Assembly: GCA_050012675.1 (NCBI GenBank)
Contig: JBEKGS010000004.1
Coordinates: forward strand, 481-64,480
Length of the DNA stretch: 64,000 nucleotides
Origin: Acidimicrobiales bacterium
Lineage (GTDB): Bacteria; Actinomycetota; Acidimicrobiia; Acidimicrobiales; Bog-793
Direction: 5' to 3'
Part shown: positions 17,316-25,650 of the stretch, piece by piece
Layout: every line of letters begins with the position of its first letter
Numbering within the stretch: position 1 is the stretch's first letter
Translations under genes and position numbers: made by a program
Notes under the pieces: generated by a model
Databases searched by the model: none
The model's input: the letters and a program-made list of their open reading frames with translations, nothing else
Told to the model about the DNA's origin: nothing

Positions 17316-17376
17316 GCAACAACGCCTGGGCTGTTATTACCTGCAGCCCAGGCGCTTGCGTTGTTTGCAATTTTCC
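17316..17376 (+). terminator. Intercistronic stem-loop / partial terminator between the binding-protein and ATPase genes
   Basis: A perfect 11-bp stem, CGCCTGGGCTG (17323-17333) / CAGCCCAGGCG (17344-17354), with a 10-nt loop. It is extended by imperfect GCAACAA/TTGTTTGC pairing and followed by T-rich 'TTGTTTGCAATTTTCC'. This is a typical arrangement for over-expressing the binding protein relative to membrane components. Confidence 0.45.
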
Positions 17377-17506
17377 AGCGACCGTTCTACTTTCCGGGCA
17401 AACGGTCCTCGTTGCGAGGAGCGGCTGTCTCGCTCCTGGGTCGCCGCTGGCCGAGACGGGCGAGCCTGTGGCGAGGCGAGGTGCCGCGAGGAGGACAGAA
17501 ATCGGT

Positions 17507-18352
17507 ATGGCTGTTTCGATGCAAGAGGCTGGCCTCGGGGCTGGGGCCGAAGGGCTGTTGCCGCGTGGGCGGCCCCTTCTGGAATTGCGGGGCGTCCAGA
17601 AGAGCTTCGGCCCTGTCCGGGCCCTGGCCGGAGTCGACATCGTGGTGCCCGCCGGAGAGGTCACCGCGCTGTGCGGAGACAACGGCGCTGGCAAGAGCGT
17701 GACCATCAAGATCATTGCGGGCATCCACCCCGCCGACGGAGGGCAGATCCTTTGGCGCGGGCACCCGGTCTCCATCCGCACCCCCAAGGACTCCGCCGCT
17801 CTCGGCATCGCCACCGTGTACCAGGATCTCGCCTTATGCGACAACCTCGACATCGTCCAGAACATGTTCCTCGGTCGTGAGCCGACCAAGCTCGCTGTCC
17901 TGGATGAGGCGCCAATGGAATTAGCGGCCCGCAAGACTCTGGCCGACTTGCACGTGACGACGGTGCGTTCGATCCGCCAGCCCGTTTCGTCCCTGTCAGG
18001 GGGACAGCGCCAGTCCGTCGCGGTCGCCCGCGCTGTCCTGTGGAACTCGCAGCTCATGATCCTCGACGAACCGACCGCCGCCCTCGGGGTGGCTCAGACG
18101 GCGATGGTGCTCTCTCTCGTGAAGCGCCTGGCCCAGCAGGGCTACGCCGTGATCATCGTGTCCCACAATCTGAACGACCTGTTCGAGGTCGCCGACAACA
18201 TCGCCGTCCTGCGCCTGGGCCAGATGGTCGCTCAGGCCCCGGTTTCGCAGCTTGACCGCCAGAGCGTGGTCGAGCTGATGACCTCCGGCACGGTGGGAGG
18301 AAAGCCGTTCGTCGCAGCGCCGGCGGCGGGGCCTGGGGGGTCTCAGCCATAG
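17507..18352 (+). CDS. Sugar ABC transporter ATP-binding protein, single-cassette (FrcA-like), 281 aa
   Basis: 'LLELRGVQKSFGPVRALAGVDIVVPAGEVTALCGDNGAGKSV', 'TVYQD', 'LSGGQRQSVAVARA', 'LMILDEPTAALG', 'IIVSHNL'. ATG at 17507 with GAGGAGGA upstream. Confidence 0.9.
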   Translation: MAVSMQEAGLGAGAEGLLPRGRPLLELRGVQKSFGPVRALAGVDIVVPAGEVTALCGDNGAGKSVTIKIIAGIHPADGGQILWRGHPVSIRTPKDSAALGIATVYQDLALCDNLDIVQNMFLGREPTKLAVLDEAPMELAARKTLADLHVTTVRSIRQPVSSLSGGQRQSVAVARAVLWNSQLMILDEPTAALGVAQTAMVLSLVKRLAQQGYAVIIVSHNLNDLFEVADNIAVLRLGQMVAQAPVSQLDRQSVVELMTSGTVGGKPFVAAPAAGPGGSQP

Positions 18353-18540
18353 CAACACGTCAACCGCCTGCAGGCGGACCTCCTGTTCCAGGCTCGGGGG
18401 ACACTGTTCACAGCGGCCCCGCCGCTGCCGACGCCTCCAATGGCGATGACTTCGCCAGCTCACCGAGTGACCGATCCGACCTATCGATCTCGCCCCCTGA
18501 CGGCGCCCGCGCTCGCCTGGCGAACGCCGCCGCGGGTCCA

Positions 18541-19863
18541 ATGACTCCTCCCGGCTCGGGCGCGCCCGAGTTCGAAATCGAGCTCGAAAGAGAGGAGGGG
18601 GAGGAGGAGGTGCCGACGGAATCGGTCATCGTCGCGGCGCCCGAGGTAGTCGCGACCACCCTCGGCGAGTACGTGAGTGCCTGGTGGCGCAAGGCCCGCT
18701 CCGGCGACAGCGGCGTCCTTCCGGTTGTCGTAGCGCTGGTCTTGATAGTCGTCGTCTTCCAGATCCTCCGGCACAAGTTCCTCTCCGCCGGCAATCTCGT
18801 CGACCTGTTCAACCAAATGGTCGTTTTCGCCCTCTTCGCCATGGCCGAGGTCTTTGTCCTGCTGCTCGGCGAGATCGACTTGTCGGTCGTCTACAACGCC
18901 GGCATCGGTGCCGGCCTCATGGCCGCTTTGGTGGCGCCGCCTTACAACCTGCCTTGGTGGCTGTGCATCGTGATCGGCGTGGGCACATGTACCTTGATCG
19001 GCCTCGTCCTGGGCACACTCATCACGCGGCTACGGCTACCGGCGTTCATCGTCACGCTCGCCGCCTTCTTGGGCCTTGAGGGCGTGATGCTGTGGATGTT
19101 CGACCGCTTCAGCGTCGCCGTCGGTGGAGTGATCGAGGTTTCGAACCCGACACTCACCAACCTCGTGGCTGGCAACATCTCCGTGTTGGTCAGTTGGGTG
19201 GTCATGGCCGTACTGGTGCTGGCTTTCGGCGTGTACAGCGTGGTCCGCGACACGCGCCGCCGCGCCTCCGGGCTGGTTACCCCACCCCTGGGCTTCACGC
19301 TGCTCAAGTCGGCTGCCGTGGCCGGAGCGGGCGTGGTCGTGGTAGTTGTTTGCAGCTTCAACCGGGGCACGACGACATTCGTAGCGCGAGGCGTCCCCTG
19401 GTCGATACCGATCTTGCTGGCCATCTTCGCAGGGGCCACCCTGCTGCTGTCGCGCACTCGCTTTGGCCGTTATCTATACGCCATCGGCGGCAACACCGAG
19501 GCTGCCCGGCGCGCCGGTATCAACGTCACCCGGATCCGGACCATCGCCTTCGGGTTGACGGGGATGATGGCCGGCTTCGCAGGGATGATGTACCTGTCGT
19601 TGCTGGGGTCGATCGCCACCGACATCGACCCGAGCTACATGTTGTTCGCCGTCGCCGCCGCCGTCATCGGGGGCACCAGCCTCTACGGCGGCCGAGGCAA
19701 AGCGCTGCACGGCATCCTTGGTGGACTAGTCATCGCCACGGTCTACAACGGCATCTTCCTCATGGGATTCGGGGCGGATGTGGAGTACATGATCGTTGCC
19801 GTAGTGCTCCTGGCCGCCATTGCGGTGGACTCTTTGACCCGCGGTGGGCAGAGGGCGCGCTAA
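18541..19863 (+). CDS. Sugar ABC transporter permease (XylH/RbsC-type, CUT2)
   Basis: About 10 hydrophobic segments. Conserved C-terminal block: 'RFGRYLYAIGGNTEAARRAGINV...AVIGGTSLYGGRGKALHGILGGLVIATVYNG'. Acidic, disordered N-terminal tail. Confidence 0.85.
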   Translation: MTPPGSGAPEFEIELEREEGEEEVPTESVIVAAPEVVATTLGEYVSAWWRKARSGDSGVLPVVVALVLIVVVFQILRHKFLSAGNLVDLFNQMVVFALFAMAEVFVLLLGEIDLSVVYNAGIGAGLMAALVAPPYNLPWWLCIVIGVGTCTLIGLVLGTLITRLRLPAFIVTLAAFLGLEGVMLWMFDRFSVAVGGVIEVSNPTLTNLVAGNISVLVSWVVMAVLVLAFGVYSVVRDTRRRASGLVTPPLGFTLLKSAAVAGAGVVVVVVCSFNRGTTTFVARGVPWSIPILLAIFAGATLLLSRTRFGRYLYAIGGNTEAARRAGINVTRIRTIAFGLTGMMAGFAGMMYLSLLGSIATDIDPSYMLFAVAAAVIGGTSLYGGRGKALHGILGGLVIATVYNGIFLMGFGADVEYMIVAVVLLAAIAVDSLTRGGQRAR

Positions 19864-19870
19864 GGCTAGA

Positions 19871-19904
19871 GGTCCCGAATCGAAATGATTTCCGGACCAT
19901 TTTC
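19871..19904 (+). terminator. Terminator-like hairpin after the permease gene
   Basis: GGTCCCGAA (19871-19879) pairs with TTCCGGACC (19890-19898) with one C.C mismatch, followed by ATTTTC. It starts 8 nt after the stop codon. Confidence 0.35.
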
Positions 19905-20466
19905 GCAGGGTCAGGTCAGTGACTTCGTCAAGCAGGGTTGGCGCGACGCCGCGGCGCCTACGTCTGCAGCAGGGAGTCGGGCTCATGTTCGTCACAAGAG
20001 CGGCAGTCGCTGTTGGCAACACGTTGGCCAGGTACTCATGAGAAGGGCTACGGAGCGCGCAATGGCAGATGGGCCAGCCCGGGAGTCGCGAGTCCCGCTA
20101 TGGGTCGAGTGGCGGCGCGATCGGTAATCTCTTCGCCCCGCGGTGCACCGGTATTGGAAGCCACGACCGCCTCGGCGCCGCTTTATCGCAGGGCAGTAGG
20201 GATGAGATTGTCTCAAGCGAACCACAACACCTTCTGTACCCCAAGGGGTACAGCTGTTATCCGACACCGTCGAAGACGTCCGACTGCGGGACAGCGGTGA
20301 TGCTGTTGCGGCGTTTGCGCCCTTACCGAGTTCGACAAGCAGCGGGGGAGCGCACTCAAGAGCGGCGGGCGCCGCTCATCCTTATGTGCTCCGGCACCGC
20401 TTGCCCGGGCCGTTAAGGCCCCGCCATCGAAGGGCTGACCGACAACTCGGTTTCAATGACTGCCGT

Positions 20467-21693
20467 TTACGAACCTGTGAACGCGGACAACTCGACGCTC
20501 ACGTCCGCGAGACGCTGCGGGTCGACGACGTGGTCACAGGTCACGAGTGCGGCGATCTGATCGCCGACATCCCAAACGTTCACGTTCATGCCGGCGATCA
20601 CTCGGCCATGGTCGAGCCAGAAGACGATCAACTCGCGGCCCTCCAAGTTTCCTCGGTAGACGACTTGGTCCCAAGTTGGCGCGAAGCCCCTGTACTCGAG
20701 CCCGAGATCGTACTGATCGGAGAAGAAGTAAGGGATCTTCTCGTAGTTGAGGTTCCGGCCGAGCATGTTCTTTGCTGCCACCGGACCTTGGTTGAGTGCG
20801 GCCGACCAATGCTCGAGGCGGATACAGGTGTCGAGAACCGGGTGATAGGCGTTCGCGACATCTCCAGCAGCCCAGATCCCCGGCACGCTCGTGGCCAGGT
20901 GCTCGTCCACGAGGACGCCGTTGTCGAGGCGCAGCCCGTTTCCTTCGGCAAGCTCGGTCCTCGGACTTACGCCGACTCCCACCACGACGAGGTCAGCCGG
21001 AACGACGTTACCGTCTGCCAACACGACTTCCTCGACCGCGCTCGAACCTCGGAAGGCGGTAACGCCGACACCCATGTGCAGCTCGACGCCGTGGTCGGTG
21101 TGCAGGTCACGAAACATCGTCCCGACCTCCGTGCCAAGCACGCGTTCAAGGGGAACATGGGCGGCCTCTATCAGGGCCACCTCCTTACCGAGTTCGCGAA
21201 CCGACGCGGCCACCTCGGAGCCGATCCAACCCGCACCCACCACTGCGACCCGCGTCACTTTTGTCAGCGCGTCGCGGAGCGCGTCACAGCTCGAAATGCT
21301 CCGCAGGTAGCAAATCCCCTCAAGATCCGATCCCGGAATCGTCACGTGCTTCGGAATGGCCCCAGTGGCTAAGAGGAGCTGGTCATAGCCGAGCCGTCCT
21401 CCGGGATCGAGTGCGACCTGCTTGGCCGCGGGATCTATCGAGGTTACCGTGGTGGAGGTAAGTAGCTCGATCTCGTTCTCTTCGTAGAATCCTTCCGGAT
21501 GCACGGCCGCCTCCCCGAAACCGACCTCACCGCGTAAGTACGCTTTCGACAGCGGTGGACGTTCGTAGGGTCGAGCGGCTTCGTCGCCGACGAGCACCAC
21601 TCGTCCTTCGAACCCCTCCGTGCGGAGCGATTCGGCGGTTTTGGATCCCGCCAGACTGGCTCCGGCGATCACGAACGTCTGTTGTTTGCTCAT
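20467..21693 (-). CDS. FAD/NAD(P)H-dependent ferredoxin (rubredoxin/putidaredoxin-type) reductase
   Basis: 'MSKQQTFVIAGASLAGSKTAESLR..GRVVLVGDEAARPYERPPLSK', 'VAVVGAGWIGSEVAAS', 'IWAAGDVA', and a C-terminal reductase dimerisation domain. ATG 21693 preceded by a G-rich RBS. Confidence 0.85.
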   Translation of the reverse strand: MSKQQTFVIAGASLAGSKTAESLRTEGFEGRVVLVGDEAARPYERPPLSKAYLRGEVGFGEAAVHPEGFYEENEIELLTSTTVTSIDPAAKQVALDPGGRLGYDQLLLATGAIPKHVTIPGSDLEGICYLRSISSCDALRDALTKVTRVAVVGAGWIGSEVAASVRELGKEVALIEAAHVPLERVLGTEVGTMFRDLHTDHGVELHMGVGVTAFRGSSAVEEVVLADGNVVPADLVVVGVGVSPRTELAEGNGLRLDNGVLVDEHLATSVPGIWAAGDVANAYHPVLDTCIRLEHWSAALNQGPVAAKNMLGRNLNYEKIPYFFSDQYDLGLEYRGFAPTWDQVVYRGNLEGRELIVFWLDHGRVIAGMNVNVWDVGDQIAALVTCDHVVDPQRLADVSVELSAFTGS

Positions 21694-21983
21694 CTTTCGC
21701 CCCCCTCTTGTTGATTCCTGGTCCCGACTTCTAGCCATTCGCCGCGGTGCGCCTCAGGCGGCCACGGCCTTGGCAGGATCGCCCAGCTGTTGACACCTGG
21801 TGACGAGAGTGAAGAACTCGTCGCGCCTGGCCGCGAGAGACGTGCAGAAGCTGTCTCCTCCGGCCCAGCACCGGCGCCGTCAACCACTACTGACCTTAAG
21901 CCGCCCCGGGGGGGGAACCGAACGTGCGACCGGGCGGCAGGCAGATCACCCGGACCCGCGCGGGCGGTGCCGATGTCAGGATC

Positions 21984-22220
21984 TCAGGACAGGGCTCGCC
22001 GCCGCGGTCCGGTCAATGCCACCACGAATGCGACGATGACGAGCACGGCGCCGAACGCGATACCCGCGTAACCGCGATGCGTGTGCTTGCTTACCACGTG
22101 AGCCGCGTATCCGGGGAAGAACGTCGGCAGCGAGTGCGCCGGTTGCGTGAGGTACAGGACACCGGCCACGACCGCGGCGATTCCGACGATCAGCAGGACT
22201 AGCGCTAACACACGTCGCAC
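21984..22220 (-). CDS. Small two-TM membrane protein (78 aa), function unknown
   Basis: 'MRRVLALVLLIVGIAAVVAGVLYL...GYAGIAFGAVLVIVAFVVALTG' shows two clear hydrophobic helices with positive-inside residues and G/C-ending codons. No family recognised. Confidence 0.4.
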   Translation of the reverse strand: MRRVLALVLLIVGIAAVVAGVLYLTQPAHSLPTFFPGYAAHVVSKHTHRGYAGIAFGAVLVIVAFVVALTGPRRRALS

Positions 22221-22706
22221 GGGTCCACATTACTGGTCGATGGCACGCGCATCAGGCTCCTACCCGTGGATGACCACCACCGGCCGAGCCCCGACGGTGG
22301 TCGCGGCGGCGCGCAAAGACAGAGTCCTCGCCGACGGGGCGCTCTCACCTGGTTCTCGCAGTGCTGCAGCGCGTCGCCTTTCCGGAGGTCCATTGCTGTG
22401 CTGGGCCCGCCGGGCGGCACCGGCTGCTGTGGTTGAGACCGATCCAGCTCAGCTTTGCAGGGGAGGCTGGTCGCCGAACAAAGCTCGAATCGAGCTTCTG
22501 CCAGCTTGTGACCTCGCCTCGAGTCGCCGGTAATGGAGCTTGTGGACTCGCGCCTGTGACGGGCGAACATTTCTTGGTGCCGCGTCGCGCCATGACGTTC
22601 GAGGAGGTGTGCCCCTACGTCAGCTTCTCATCGGCGCTTCTGGCTCGCAGCGTCAAAGACGACACAACCGCAGTGACCTAGGGCGACCATGGCGACTCGT
22701 AGCCTG

Positions 22707-23402
22707 TCAGGTGACAAGCAACCCGCCGTCGACGACCAGATCGTGAGCGTTGACGCCCTTGTTGCGCAGGAGGAATTCCGTGGCGTCGGCGATCTCGGCC
22801 ATTGTCACGAGCCGCCCGATCGGCGTTCGGGGAATGTGGGGGTGGTTGGGCACGTCTCGCCACTTCGGACTGTCGCCGACGATGCCCGGGTGCAGGGCAT
22901 TGACGCGGTGGGGAGCGATCTCGACAGCCAGGGTTCTCACCAGGCCGCTCACACCTCCATTGAAGGTTGTGACCATCGTCGAGCCTGGATACGGGCGGTC
23001 CTTGGCGAGGCCGCCGAACAGGACGACGGACGCGTCTGCGGTGAATCGTGTGTGAAGGACGCGGACGACCTCGGTGTATCCGACCAGCTTGACGGTCACC
23101 GACCTGATCGCCTGGCCGATGTCAAAGTCGCGCAGACTGTTCACGGCCTGCTCGATAGCTGTGATGACGAGATTGTCCACCTCGCGAATGCCCTCGAGGG
23201 CATCTTCGATCGACTCGGGCTCCGACAGGTCCAGTGCAAGCCCGAGCGTGCCCGAACCGATCTGCTTTGCCACTGAGTCCGCCTTGGTCGCATCCCTACC
23301 GGTGATCACCACCTCGTCGCCCCGGATCGCGAAGCGCTGCGCTATCACCAGTCCAAGGCCGCTGCTGCCACCGACTACCACTGATCGAGCCATTTGTCTC
23401 AT
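22707..23402 (-). CDS. Short-chain dehydrogenase/reductase (SDR) family oxidoreductase
   Basis: 'VVVGGSSGLGLVIAQRFAIRGDEVVITGRD' (TGxxxGxG-type) and 'NALHPGIV' near the PG motif. The start ATG overlaps the upstream stop (ATGA at 23399-23402). Confidence 0.8.
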   Translation of the reverse strand: MRQMARSVVVGGSSGLGLVIAQRFAIRGDEVVITGRDATKADSVAKQIGSGTLGLALDLSEPESIEDALEGIREVDNLVITAIEQAVNSLRDFDIGQAIRSVTVKLVGYTEVVRVLHTRFTADASVVLFGGLAKDRPYPGSTMVTTFNGGVSGLVRTLAVEIAPHRVNALHPGIVGDSPKWRDVPNHPHIPRTPIGRLVTMAEIADATEFLLRNKGVNAHDLVVDGGLLVT

Positions 23403-24337
23403 CCTCTTCCCCTACTTGTGTCGACGATCTGGGTGTGACCGAGCCCTGCGTTCAGCCTTGCGATCTCGGCGAAGGCGCTCCAGTCCTTGTCGCCGAGACC
23501 TGTGGCGAGAGCGCTGAGTGTCCGGTCAAAGACGATCGAAGCGTACGGAAGCGGTGATCGCACCGCCGCGGCGGCAACAAGCATCAACTGCAGATCCTTG
23601 AGCCCGGTCGTCATTTCGAATCCAACCTCGTCGTAGGCGCGACCACCGATGCGTTCCAGGTAGCCGGCCACCCCTGGGTGGCCCTGGAGCTCTCGCAACA
23701 TCTGCATGGCGATCTCGTGGTCCACACCGGACTTCTCGGTGAAGGCGAGGAACTGGCCGAACAACTCGGCGGTCGCCGCCAGGTAGAAGTTGAAGGCGAG
23801 CTTCAGGCTGTTGGCAGTTCCCGGCACCGCCCCGACGTGAACGATGCGGGCGCTGTAGGCCGCTATGTAGGCACGTGCGCGGTCGAGCGCAGCAGTTTCA
23901 CCACCCACGAGGCTTACCAGCTCACCTGCCAGTGCAACGCTCGGACGACCTAGCACCGGCGCTGCGAGGAAGTGCTGGCCGCGCGAGCTGTGGAGCACGG
24001 CGAGCTCGGCGGAACATCCCGGGGAGACCGTGGATGTCGACACGTGCACCGTACCGGGGGCCATGGCTTCCAAGAGCCCGTCCTCGGACGAGACGACGGT
24101 GCGCAGGACGCCGTCGTCCAACAGACTCGTTATGACGACCGCCGCTTGGTCCGCGGCATGCGCTGGGCTGAGCGCGGCAGTCGCGCCGGCCGCGACCAGT
24201 CGAGCAACCTTCTCGGCCGTCCTGTTGTAGACACGAACCTGGCACCCGTCGCGTAGGAGGCTCTGGGCAATTCCCGCGCCTATCCGACCTAGCCCGATGA
24301 CCGCGACCGGCGCGTTGTTGGCATTGGCCACTGACAA
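23399..24337 (-). CDS. NAD(P)-dependent 6-phosphogluconate/3-hydroxyisobutyrate dehydrogenase-family oxidoreductase
   Basis: 'VAVIGLGRIGAGIAQSLLRDGCQVRVYNRTAEKV' is the N-terminal Rossmann fold of the HIBADH/6PGDH family. 'GTANSLKLAFNFYLA' is the family's central helix. Confidence 0.8.
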   Translation of the reverse strand: MSVANANNAPVAVIGLGRIGAGIAQSLLRDGCQVRVYNRTAEKVARLVAAGATAALSPAHAADQAAVVITSLLDDGVLRTVVSSEDGLLEAMAPGTVHVSTSTVSPGCSAELAVLHSSRGQHFLAAPVLGRPSVALAGELVSLVGGETAALDRARAYIAAYSARIVHVGAVPGTANSLKLAFNFYLAATAELFGQFLAFTEKSGVDHEIAMQMLRELQGHPGVAGYLERIGGRAYDEVGFEMTTGLKDLQLMLVAAAAVRSPLPYASIVFDRTLSALATGLGDKDWSAFAEIARLNAGLGHTQIVDTSRGRG

Positions 24338-24852
24338 CCTTGGCTCCTCTCGGTTTCCTGGGCGTTGCCGACCCTATCGGGCCGATGGACCGGTCGCGCG
24401 AGCGGCGGGACGACCACGCCGAACCCGGAACAGGTCCCGGCGCCGCTCTGGGGTGTCTGCCTCACGGCGTTCCCGACGGACTTGTTCCGACGCCGTCACC
24501 TCCCGGGGGACAAGTCGCCCTCAGGGTCAACGCGAAGCTGTGTGGTTGAGCTCTTCTCGCCCTGGATCCGAGGGACTTCGCATCAACGCCTGTGACCGTC
24601 CCGAGAAGTCACCTTTCGCCACCGCGGTTGTCACCACATAAGACCAACTATCCCGTCGTCTGGCACACGGCGACGAGGGCCGTCCGTTCGTCCGACAGCC
24701 AGGCCCGCGCTCGTGCGCCCCGAGCTCAGGTGCCGCGTGACAGCGCCAGCCAAGACGGAGATTGACCAGCCTCATCGGCCGGGTCATGAGCTAGACCCGA
24801 GCGGACCTGCTGGCGTCCTGGTCGTGGCGAACAAAGCGCGTGGTGAGCTGCC

Positions 24853-25650
24853 TCATCCAAGAGCAAAAGAGCCGTACCCCACCACCCGCGTTGGATTGCC
24901 GACCGTGTCGGCCGAGGTGCGCAGGTCCAACAGCTCGACTTTCAGGTCGTGCTTGGCAGCCACGCTCAAAAGGCCGCGCAGCGCGCAGGCCCCGCAGGCA
25001 TCGGCGGGGGACACCGCCTCCGGGTCACAGGCGACGATCGCCGCAGCGGTGCGGCTGTCCAGACGTCGAGTGGTCTCCCTGTCGTGGTAGTGACTCAAAT
25101 CGGTGCTCACGACCACCAAGGTCTCGGGACCACCCCAGACGCGGCCCAGCAGCTGTGACACAGCAGCTGTGGACACCGTTCCGATCAACAAAGGCAGCAC
25201 CTTCACAGAACCGAGGACGAACTGGATGAAGGGGAGCTGTACCTCGAGGCTGTGCTCGGCGAGGTGCGCCAGGTCGAAGACCGACACGAGTCCGTCCTTG
25301 AGGAGAGCATCTCGGCAGGTGGAGTCGACCTCGAGCACGCCAAAGGGCGTGGAGAAGCCATCCGCGCCTGACACGGCGGCACCCTCCAACGCGACCGTGT
25401 GGGCCGGGCCGAGTATCACCACTCGCTCGAGGAGTCCTCTGGCGGTCGCCACCCGCGCGTAAGCGCTTGCGGCCACCGGTCCGGAGTAGACGTAGCCCGC
25501 GTGAGGTACGACGATCGCTTTTGGGGCCGGTCCACAGGAGGCTTTGAAGCGGGCGGAGTTGAGCAGCCGACGGAGCGTCTCGGCGAGGATTGCCGCATCC
25601 TCGGGATAGAAGGTGCCGGCGACAGCAGGTGGACGAACGAGCGAGTTCAT
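24853..25650 (-). CDS. amrB: AmmeMemoRadiSam system protein B (MEMO1-family)
   Basis: 'PPAVAGTFYPEDAAIL', 'IVVPHAGYVYSGPVAASAY', 'VVILGPAH', 'VSTDLSHY'. The ATG at 25650 overlaps the stop of the radical SAM gene (ATGA). Confidence 0.8.
   Translation of the reverse strand: MNSLVRPPAVAGTFYPEDAAILAETLRRLLNSARFKASCGPAPKAIVVPHAGYVYSGPVAASAYARVATARGLLERVVILGPAHTVALEGAAVSGADGFSTPFGVLEVDSTCRDALLKDGLVSVFDLAHLAEHSLEVQLPFIQFVLGSVKVLPLLIGTVSTAAVSQLLGRVWGGPETLVVVSTDLSHYHDRETTRRLDSRTAAAIVACDPEAVSPADACGACALRGLLSVAAKHDLKVELLDLRTSADTVGNPTRVVGYGSFALG

Noticed and set aside
18353-18540. 188-nt gap between the ATPase and permease genes in which the permease frame stays open; considered as a longer permease or a missed start
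   Set aside because: I read every codon in that frame from 18340 to 18540 and found no ATG, GTG or TTG. The ATG at 18541 is therefore the first usable start, and the open frame is probably a GC-composition effect.
24338-24852. Searched this 515-bp gap (and 26874-27383) for the missing AMMECR1 (AmmeMemoRadiSam A) gene
   Set aside because: Only an 86-aa Arg/Pro-rich junk ORF is present, and no AMMECR1-like sequence appears in any frame that I could read.
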